From Acidobacteriota bacterium (lineage in GTDB: Bacteria; Acidobacteriota; UBA6911; RPQK01; JAJDTT01), in the NCBI GenBank assembly GCA_965209055.1, contig OZ242374.1, positions 5,952,001 through 6,016,000 of the forward strand: a stretch of 64,000 nucleotides of DNA, written 5' to 3'. Shown here one piece after another: positions 1-8,100 of the stretch. The notes under the pieces are model-generated. The model had not been told where the DNA came from. It was given only the letters and a program-made list of their open reading frames with translations, and did no database searches. The translations under genes and the position numbers were made by a program. Numbering within the stretch: the stretch's first letter is position 1; every line of letters starts with the position of its first letter.

Positions 1-738
1 GTTCAGGTTGGCCGGCCATAGAAACAGCCCCAGACCCTTCCAGAACATCACCGGCTGCAACAACCAGTAACCGACCGGATCGGGATGGTTCCACGCCATT
101 CCCGCCGGCGAGTACTTGAGCAGCGACCAGCCCAGGGCCAACCCGTTGGCAATGGTCAATCCGGCCCACCATCTCCATCGTTCCCGATTCACCACCCAGA
201 GAAATGGAAGCAGCATGGCGGCTTCCGCGCGGCTCCAGAGCGCCAGTTGGAAACAGAGGACCGCCGCCCACGGCCTGCGCGCCGCCAGCAGGAGCGCGGC
301 CAGTCCGAAGCCGCTCATGAGCAGCACCGAGCGAGCCCAGACGTAGTTCACGGCCTGCGTCTGGATCGGATGCAGCCCGAATAGCAGCGCCGTCGTCAGG
401 GCCAGGCCCAGGTTCCGGAAGCGCTCCAGAATCAACAGGAACAGGAGCAGGACCACCGCCAGGTGGAGAAGGAGGTTCACCAGGTGAAAGGCCCAGGCCT
501 GAGGGCCGGAGACCAGGTAGTTCAAATGAAACGTCCAGAGCGTCAGGGGCCGGCCGCCGTACTGTTCCAGAAACGCCCCGTATTCGAAGCGCTCGGTCAC
601 CAGGGAACTTTCCAGGATCAGCGCGTAGTCATCGAAGTGGAAGGCCGCCGGGAACGAGTTGAGATAGACGGCGCCGGTGATCAGAATGAGCGCTGACCCG
701 GCAATTCTCGTTGCGCCTGGTGAATCCACAAGCCCCAT
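1..738 (-). CDS. TMTC-like / GT-C fold membrane glycosyltransferase, N-terminal part (runs off the window edge)
   Basis: Not in the ORF track; read by hand from ATG at 738: MGLVDS...VYLNSFPAAFHFDDYALI...GRPLTLWTFHLNY...FHLVNLLLH...ALLFGLHPIQTQAVNYVWARS...YWLLQP. The FDD, RPL, HxxNxxLH and HPxxTxAV motifs are typical of TMTC-like proteins. Confidence 0.8.
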   Translation of the reverse strand, partial: MGLVDSPGATRIAGSALILITGAVYLNSFPAAFHFDDYALILESSLVTERFEYGAFLEQYGGRPLTLWTFHLNYLVSGPQAWAFHLVNLLLHLAVVLLLFLLILERFRNLGLALTTALLFGLHPIQTQAVNYVWARSVLLMSGFGLAALLLAARRPWAAVLCFQLALWSRAEAAMLLPFLWVVNRERWRWWAGLTIANGLALGWSLLKYSPAGMAWNHPDPVGYWLLQPVMFWKGLGLFLWPANLN

Positions 739-816
739 ACTATGGCTCCGCTTCGAACGAAGCATTCTGACCCACGTTGGAGAGCATTCTCATCCTTTGA
801 TTCACAATTTCCAGGT

Positions 817-845
817 TTGACACGTATTTGGGGCTTCGTTATCGT
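817..845 (+). promoter_or_regulatory. sigma70-type promoter upstream of the PIG-L gene
   Basis: TTGACA (817-822), 17 nt, TATCGT (840-845). Confidence 0.55.
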
Positions 846-963
846 GAGTTCTCCTCGACGACTGGCCCTCTTGGGCACTTGATCCCAGAGTGAATCGGCG
901 GTTCCCGGAGAACTCGCGGATGGTCGCGCTCCAGTCCGGGGGAACCGATTCAGGAGAACCCAA

Positions 964-1761
964 ATGACAGATGGAAAGACCAAGACTGTACTCGTGATCA
1001 CGGCCCACCCGGCCGACGCCTTCGACCTGGCCGCAGGCACCATCGCCCTGCACCGGCAACGGGGGGACCAGGTCCACGTGGCTTCCGTGACCCACGGGGC
1101 CCGTTCCCACGCGCCCAGCATTTACGATGACAAGCAGGAAGCTCTGGACGAGGCCAGGGAGGCCCAACTCCTCCAGGAGATCATCCAGGAGAAGAAGCAG
1201 GAGTTCGAAGCCGCCGCCCGGGCGGTCGACGCCACCGCGACCCACTTTCTGGGAGAGGATGACGAGCCCTTTGTAACGACCCGCAGAGTCATTCTCCGCC
1301 TGGCGGAGCTCTACCGGACGGTCCGGCCCGACATCCTGATCACCCATCACCGCACCGAGCAGAACCACCACGACCACCCGGAGGTGGGAGACGCCTCCGC
1401 CCGGGCCATCGTCACCGCCGCGCGTTGGCTGGAGGGTTCGCGCCTGGAGCCCTACGACGTGCCGACCGTCTACTACTACGGCACCCAGGACCGGCGCGAC
1501 GTGCGGATCAACCGCGGTACGGTGGGGGTGGCGGCCACCCACGTCGTGGACATCGAGAGCGTGGTGGACCAGAAGCGGGAGGCGCTCAAGGCTTTCGCCA
1601 CGCAGAAATACCAGGGCAAGGGTTACGCCACGCCGGAGTACCTGAACCGCCGGCTCGAGAGCGTCGAGGGCCACTACGGGCTGTTCAGCGGGTGCCGTTA
1701 CGCCGAAGAGTTCATCGCCCGAGGCCCCCACGTCACCCGGCTACTGCCCTCGGTCCGCTGA
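964..1761 (+). CDS. PIG-L/LmbE family metallohydrolase (deacetylase or hydratase)
   Basis: LVITAHPADAFD, VTHG, RPDILITH, HHDH and KREALKAFATQ motifs, C-terminal YAEEF; RBS AGGAG at 952. Confidence 0.85.
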   Translation: MTDGKTKTVLVITAHPADAFDLAAGTIALHRQRGDQVHVASVTHGARSHAPSIYDDKQEALDEAREAQLLQEIIQEKKQEFEAAARAVDATATHFLGEDDEPFVTTRRVILRLAELYRTVRPDILITHHRTEQNHHDHPEVGDASARAIVTAARWLEGSRLEPYDVPTVYYYGTQDRRDVRINRGTVGVAATHVVDIESVVDQKREALKAFATQKYQGKGYATPEYLNRRLESVEGHYGLFSGCRYAEEFIARGPHVTRLLPSVR

Positions 1762-1810
1762 TCCTGTCGGTGGGGGGAGAGATCATTCCCCAGAGCTCTG
1801 TGCCGTGGAA

Positions 1811-2077
1811 TCAGGCCGCTTCGCTCTCTTTGCGAAGTCGTGCTTGTGCCAAATCATACGCCGCTTGGAGGCGCATCCAGAAATCGGCATTCGACCAGCC
1901 CACCGCTTCGAGCTTCAAAGCCATCTCAGGTGAAATTCCCGCCTTGCCGTTCAGCACACGAGAGAGAGTGACCCGGGCCACGCCCAGCTTCTTGGCTGCC
2001 TCGGTGATACTCAGTCCCGCTGCTGCACAATCTTGTTTGAGTCCACGTCCGGGATGAGGTGGGTTCTTCATCGGCAT
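1811..2077 (-). CDS. higA: HigA family antitoxin (Xre HTH)
   Basis: [10 protein letters not shown]...[34 protein letters not shown]...[11 protein letters not shown]. Confidence 0.93.
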   Translation of the reverse strand: MPMKNPPHPGRGLKQDCAAAGLSITEAAKKLGVARVTLSRVLNGKAGISPEMALKLEAVGWSNADFWMRLQAAYDLAQARLRKESEAA

Positions 2078-2090
2078 TACACCGATCCTC

Positions 2091-2369
2091 CTAATGGTAG
2101 TCGGTCAAGTCCACGTCAAAGACGTCGCCAGCCTCAATACGGAAGATGATCCGCATGTTGGCAGAAACCCGAATACTCCAGAAGCCCCGCAGGTTCCCCT
2201 TAAGCGGGTGCAGCCGGTAGCCTGGAGTGTTCAGGTCGTTCGTGCTGACGGCCACATCAAGGCGGGCAAGGATCTCCTCAATCCGTACGACCTGATAGGC
2301 CTGTAGCTTGCTTTTGTCGCCGCGCTCGAAGAGCCGCTTCAAGCCTCGGTGCCGAAACGTCCTGAGCAC
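2091..2369 (-). CDS. higB: HigB / RelE-ParE family toxin
   Basis: [10 protein letters not shown]...[26 protein letters not shown]...DYH; toxin-before-antitoxin order; TACAAT -10 box at 2376-2381, 6 nt before the GTG start. Confidence 0.93.
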   Translation of the reverse strand: MLRTFRHRGLKRLFERGDKSKLQAYQVVRIEEILARLDVAVSTNDLNTPGYRLHPLKGNLRGFWSIRVSANMRIIFRIEAGDVFDVDLTDYH

Positions 2370-2441
2370 ATCGAAATTGTATCGTTATACGACTCAGTGT
2401 GCCACTCCCTCATCATCAACAGTGTCGCTCATTGCGGTCAG

Positions 2442-2575
2442 GATCACCCCACCGAGCAGAACCACCACGACCACCCGACCGTGGGTGACACCTCTGTCCG
2501 GGGGCATTGTCACCGCCGCACGTTGGCTGGAGGGTTGCCGGCTGGAACCCGATGACGTGCCGAACGTCTACTACT
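2442..2575 (+). pseudogene. Degenerate internal copy of the PIG-L gene (matches 1338-1477)
   Basis: caccgagcagaaccaccacgaccacccg is identical to 1353-1380; similarity continues to gtctactact; carries a +1 frameshift. Confidence 0.85.
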
Positions 2576-2704
2576 GGGATGAACGTTTTCTGTTTGTGGC
2601 TTCGTGCAACGGAACGGACCTGAGCCAAACCTGGAACCACTCCTCGACCGGAGCACAGAACCCGGCGTCCGCGTAGTGGGACTCCTGCAGCGGGAGATCC
2701 TCGC

Positions 2705-3123
2705 TCATTCCTTCACGATGGTGTTGCTGGAATAAATTCCGAGTTCGCCGTCGATCCGGATCTCCGCCACCAACCGGTATTCGCCCGGATTGGTCGGCGT
2801 ATACGCGCACAGTTCCCGGGTCGTTTCGGTCCCGGAGATGTCCGTCCATTCGGTGTTCGGCGTCGCGCGAGCCTGCCAGTTGGAACTGACGACGGCGTAG
2901 CGATCGTCATCGAAAATCACGTCCTCCATTCCGATACAGCCACCGCTCGAAATGGGCCCGAAAGTCACCTCACCTGAAGATACCGAGACCAGTCCGAGAA
3001 ACACATACGGGTCCGCGCCGGCACCGCTGCGTTGGAAGACCACAAGCCCTTCATCTTCCGTGTCCAGGTATGCGGGGGAAGAGATGGTGACTGTCCCTTT
3101 CTCGGATAGCGACGGTCTCCTTC
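2705..3123 (-). pseudogene. 3' fragment of a probable surface/secreted protein gene; the 5' part of the predicted ORF is intron sequence
   Basis: Protein-like beta-rich C-terminus (GGCIG...YAVVSSNWQ...ELCAYTPTNPGEYRLVAEIRIDG); the upstream codons 3124-3214 lie inside the group II intron fragment. Confidence 0.55.
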
Positions 3124-3371
3124 CTGCCTCTTTCCCCCCGCGCCGCCCGGCTCTACCTGGTGCGTCTGGATGGAGTTCGGGTTTCGCTGTTGCTCGCCAG
3201 CTCACCGCCCGCACCCGGCCTCACTGCCGGTTCGTGTTCCTGCAGTCGTGGGTTTGCCTGCCGCTTCCTCCAGCTTCACCTCGCGGCTACGCCTTGCGGT
3301 TCGGCTAAGGTTGGTTCCATCACCTCCTTCGGGATCTTTCATCCCTTAGAGACAGCCCATGTCGGGCACAC
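3124..3371 (-). mobile_element. Group IIC intron, 5' fragment (domain I only; no RT ORF, no DV/DVI)
   Basis: Minus strand starts GTGTGCCCGACATGGG, then AGGGATGAAAGATCCCGAA, TTAGCCGAACCGCAAGG, GGAGGAAGCGGCAGGCAAACC, AGGAACACGAAC, TGAGGC, GGGAAAGA, colinear with the O. iheyensis IIC intron domain I as I recall it. Basal stem CTGTCTCT/AGAGGCAG; EBS1 GAGC (3192-3195) is complementary to the 5' exon GCTC (3372-3375); sits just after a hairpin. Confidence 0.9.
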
Positions 3372-3394
3372 GAGCGGCGGTTTCCTAACCGCCG
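3372..3394 (+). repeat. REP-like hairpin (intron target site)
   Basis: GAG CGGCGGTT-TCCT-AACCGCCG; same family as 34599, 34640, 45341 and 58537. Confidence 0.75.
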
Positions 3395-3541
3395 ACTTCC
3401 GGAGTGTCTGTGAACAAACGCGAAACGTGGGCGATGGGTAATCGCCCCGCCTTTGTCTCAGAAGCCGACGGCGCGGAAATCGATCTGTTTCGAGAGCTGG
3501 CAGGTCCCGTTCCGCGACAATTGAAAAACCGTATTCTTTCC

Positions 3542-4066
3542 TCAGGCTCCAAAATACCGGATCGCCTCTGCCAGCAACCCTGAGAGGAAAACCGCGATCA
3601 GGACCGCCCCCACTGCGGTGAACGCCGTGGCGACGACGGTAGCGATCCCAACGCGCCGAAAAACCTGCCAGATCAGGACCACGAGATATGCCTCGAACGT
3701 CGCCAGGGATGCCAACTGCCAGAACTCGATCCAGAAACTCCGGAGCGTCCAGAAGCGTTCGAATACGGGCTCCGAGAGCACGAATCCCAACGCTGCAAGC
3801 ACCAGGGTGGATTCGGCCACGTGCCCCCAACCCAGATAGGGGCGCGCGAGCCAGCTATCTCTTTGTATGCGAGTCCCGATCACGGAGATCACTCTCTCCA
3901 CTATGGACACAAGCAGCAGTGCGCGAACCGGCCGCCGGTCTCCGACCCCAAGACAGACCAAGACCAGGAACAGCACCACGAGACAGGCAGACAATCTCCA
4001 GTCCAGACGCGGAGCATTACCAGTGTGCCATCTGCCTCGAAGCGGACTCACTTCCTTTTCCGGCAT
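3542..4066 (-). CDS. Hypothetical multi-pass membrane protein
   Basis: 174-aa ORF with about 4-5 hydrophobic segments; no recognisable motif. Confidence 0.5.
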   Translation of the reverse strand: MPEKEVSPLRGRWHTGNAPRLDWRLSACLVVLFLVLVCLGVGDRRPVRALLLVSIVERVISVIGTRIQRDSWLARPYLGWGHVAESTLVLAALGFVLSEPVFERFWTLRSFWIEFWQLASLATFEAYLVVLIWQVFRRVGIATVVATAFTAVGAVLIAVFLSGLLAEAIRYFGA

Positions 4067-4086
4067 GGGATTCGTCCTTGGTACAT

Positions 4087-4298
4087 GGCCGCTGCCTTCT
4101 GGTTGCGCCGTTTACCGATCGGTGGGCGCCGGGGCCGGGTGGAACAGCCGGTCACCGGAACCACTGACCCGGACTCCGACGACCAGGCCGGGTCCATACT
4201 GCGACTGGCTGTAGGATCAGCGTCAGAGTCTCCCCGCTCACCCCCACCGTCACCACCGGCGCATCCGACGACGTCGCGCGGAAGATCAGCGTGTCCCC
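4087..4298 (-). pseudogene. Collapsed remnant of a second autotransporter gene (3' tail fused to an internal piece)
   Basis: 4087-4216 matches 5148-5282 (gene end and flank); 4217-4298 matches about 6752-6838. Confidence 0.8.
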
Positions 4299-4337
4299 GG
4301 CGGCGGTGCTGTGAACGGTCGTCCACCCCGGTAACTA

Positions 4338-4365
4338 ATGACGTGTGGAAAACGAAAACCGGACA
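4338..4365 (-). promoter_or_regulatory. Putative ECF promoter, copy inside the duplicated segment
   Basis: TGTCCG-N16-CGTCAT(TA) on the minus strand. Confidence 0.5.
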
Positions 4366-4387
4366 GTCTCGCCGCGGAAAGTGTGGG

Positions 4388-5084
4388 CTATTCGCCCTTG
4401 GCAACCTTCGAGAGCGCCTCGGCGAATGCGTGGGAGTCCGCCGGCCGCGCCGACCGGGCAGCCGTCAAGATCGATGCTGCAACCCCGATCACGGCCGCTC
4501 CCGTCTTCGACCCTGCGGTTGGCTCGGCGGCGGGAACAAGACGGCGGCGCCGGATCCGGTCCACCGTCTCGTTGAGTCCTGGGGCCGCGAACGGATGCCG
4601 GCCGGACACCATCTCGTACAGGACGACGCACAGGGACCAGACATCGTCGCCTTCATCGGCCATGCGGCCCGAGAGCACATCGGGCGACATGTAGCGCAAG
4701 GTGCCACCTGTGGTCGCGGCCTCGTCCGTCTCACGCGCCAAGCCGAAGTCCAGCAGTTTGGGCGACCCCTCGGACGTGAACCCGATATTGCTGGGCTTGA
4801 TGTCTCCATGCCGGAATCCCTTGGCGTGCACCGCCGCCAACGCGTCGGCCAGCCTGGCCATGGTGGAAACGGCCTCCAGCGGAGGGACCGGGCCGTCCCT
4901 CAGCCGATTCCTCGAGGGTGCCGCCGGGATGAAACTCGACGATGAGGATCGGACGGCCCCGCCAGAACTCGATGCCGTAGATCTGGACGGCTGCCGGATG
5001 CGTCACCGTCGCCATGGTATGCGGGTCCGGCCTCAGGCTCGCCAGATGGTCGGGGGAGACCCTCCCCAGGGTCTTGACCGCGAC
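4388..5084 (-). pseudogene. 5'-truncated, frameshifted copy of the Ser/Thr kinase domain
   Basis: 4333-5084 is a close copy of 10611-11361. It keeps [11 protein letters not shown] and GTLRYMSP, has a +1 T insertion near 4908, and lacks the Gly-rich loop and all upstream domains. Confidence 0.9.
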
Positions 5085-5171
5085 TCGGAAAGAAAGTTGT
5101 TCCTATTGGAACCCCTGCAGGAATCAGCGGACCTCTCAACGGTAGAGGGCCGCTGTCTTCTGGTTCGCCGG

Positions 5172-8100
5172 TTATCGAACGGTAGGCGCCGCGGCCGGGG
5201 CCGGGTGGGGCAGCCGGTCACCGGAACCGCCGACCCGGACTCCGACGACCAGGCCGGGTCCGTACGATGACTGGCTGTAGGAGCAGAACCAGGTCAGCAG
5301 GCGGTCGGGCCGCAGCCGCACCGCATAGCCGGCGCCGGCGTCCACGCCCCAGTCGGCCGGTTCGGCGCCGCCCCGGTAGCCGCGGTAGACCTGCTCCTGC
5401 CAGAGTCTGCCGCCGCCGTTGGCCTGATCTCCCCAGCGCGGCGACAGCGACAGCGACAGGCCTTGGTGCCGGCTCCCCACGCTGAGCGTCACCCCGACTC
5501 CTCGCTCGCGATATCCCGCGGCCGAATGCAGCACCAGCATCCGCCCCTGGGCGTCGACCCGCACCCGGCCCCCAGCCGCCCGCAGGCCGCCGGCCAACTC
5601 CAGGCCGGTCCCCGTCTGTCCCGCCCCGCCGTCGCGCCGCACGTGCGCCTCGACGAACGGCGCCAGCGCCAGTCCGTTTTTCATCCGCACCGGACGCGAC
5701 ACGTCCGTGCCGAAGCGCGCCTGGCTGACCCCCACCCGGTGCGCGTCGATGGTCTCCTCCCCCGCCCCGGTGGCCAGCCGCGCCCACGCCGCGTCCCCCC
5801 GCAGACCGATCTCGGCCCGGCCGCCCGCCGCGCCGTAGCGCCGCCGCACCTCCACCAGGCCCAGGCCCAGGCCCAGACCGCTGGTTCCCAGGCGACCGCT
5901 CCGCCGCACGTTCTCCACTTCGCCCCAGCCTCCGCCGCCCAGCGCCGAGAACGAGGTCCTCCCATCCGACCAGTGCAGGTACGGGTGCACCGCCGTCAGC
6001 GTTGCCGCCAGCGAGCCGCTCGACCCGCCCACGCGCCAGTCGCCCGATCCCTGACTGCGCGCCAGCGCCACTCCCGCCAACCAGCTCTCCGACAGCCACG
6101 TGTCCAGTCCCAAGTACCCGGTCCGCAGGTCGCCACCGTAGCCCACCGCCGCCGATCGCGCCCCTTGAAACGTCTGGAGGTCCCCCTGGCCCCACACCTG
6201 CCAGCGCCTCCCGGGACGCGTCGGTTCGTCCGCCGCCTCGCCTCCGCCCCAAGCCACCACGAACTCCGTGCCGCTCAGCCACCGGTCCGGCCCGAGTCCG
6301 TCTCCTCCGTACCCGACAGGGCTTCCCAGCCTCCCGGCGCAGTCCCGCTGCGCACCGGCGCCCGGCCCCATCGGGCACTCAGGATCTCCTCCCGGCGCCA
6401 CACCCATCGCGCCGCCGCCGAACGACCCCAACCCGGGCCGCCTCGCCGGGTTCGAATACCGGCCGGCGAACGGCCGGCCGCCCGACATGAACCGCTCCGC
6501 CTCCGCCCGGCTCAGCGGCACCCTCCGTCCCATCACCGTCAGCTCGGTCCGCCGCCCCGGGCCCGCCGCCGCCCGACGCCCCAGCGTCATCCGTGCGCTC
6601 GCCAGATGCGACCGCGCCAGGGCCGCCAGCGTATCCTCCACCACCGCGCGCACGAGCCGGTCGCTCACCCCCACCCCGAACGTCTGCGTCGCCCTCATCC
6701 CATCCGGGTCCTCCCCCGTCACCCGGACCGTCGCCCTCCCGTATTCCACCGGCGTCAGAGTCAGCGTCTCTCCGCTCACCCCCACCGTCACCACCAGCGC
6801 ATCCGACGACGACGCGCGGAAGATCAGCGGGTCCCCGTCGGCGTCGTGGAAGTACCGGCCCAACTCCACCGTCACCTCCGAACCGCCCTCGTCCAGATCC
6901 TGATCCGGAATCGTCCCGACGGTCACCGGCGCATCGTTCGCCGACACCACGACCACCTCCACGGCCGCTTCCGCCGTCCCGCCGGCTCCGTCGGAGACCA
7001 CATAGGTGAACCGGTCCGTTCCGTGGTAGTTCGCCTCCGGCGTATAGGCCACGCCCCCGGAGACGGACCTCGCCGTCCCGTGCTCCGGGGCCGAGACGCT
7101 CTCGACGTGCAGGGCGTCGCCGTCCGGATCCGTGTCATTGGCCAGCACGTCCACCGTGACTCGCTGGTCCTCCTCCGTTCGCGCCTCGTCGTCCTTTGCC
7201 TCCGGCGCTTCATTCAGGTTGGTCACCGTCACCACAATCGGAACTCTCGCCTCCGCCCCGTGGGGGTCGCGGGCCCGGGCCGTCAGCTCGTACCGGTTCG
7301 GCTCCGACTCGAAGTCCTCCCCCGGACCGGCATAGGTGACGGCGCCGTTTTGCGCCCCGATGGCGAAACGCTCGCGGTCGCCGGACAGCAACGCGTAGGT
7401 CACCTCGTCGCCGTCCGGATCCGACGCCGTCACGAGACCGAGGGCCACGGGTCGTTGGCGGCCATCCAGGTTCTCGCGCAGTTCGAAGGCATAGGCCGGC
7501 TCCCCGAACACCGGCGGCTCGTTGACGACTTCGACGACGACCTCGGCCGACGCCGTACCGCCCCGGCCGTCGGAGACCTCGATTCGGATCGTGACCGGCC
7601 CGGTGGCCTCCGGTGCCCGCCAGCGCGCCGTGGCGGCGTCCGCGGCTCCCATGAAACCGCCCTGCGGCGCGCTCCACCTGTAGGTCAACGGGTCGTCTTC
7701 CGGGTCTGACGCCGTGGCCGTCAGACGGGCTTCGCCGCCCGGAGCCACCACGCACGGGTCGCATGATGCCGTTACCGTGGGCGGGCGGTTCTCCCCGGGC
7801 GGAGGGTTGGACCGGACGACCCTGACGGTCACGACGGCCGACGCCGTACCGCCCCGGCCGTCGGAGACCACCACTCGGACCGTGACCGTCCCGGTGGCGT
7901 CCGGCGCCCGCCAGAACGCCGTCGCGGCGCTGGCGGCTCCGCTGAAGCCGCCCCGCGGCGCGCTCCACGTGTAAGTCAGCGGGTCGCCGTCCGGGTCCGA
8001 CGCCGACGCCGTCAGACGCACCTCCCCGCCCGGGGCCACCCTGCAGGGGTTGCACGACGCCGTCACCGTGGGCGGGCGGTTCCCCCGCGGCGGCCTGGTG

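Noticed and set aside
4087-5084. Duplicated segments as DGR template/variable repeats
   Set aside because: Differences are not adenine-restricted, include indels, and span a promoter and kinase domain; this fits ordinary duplication and decay.
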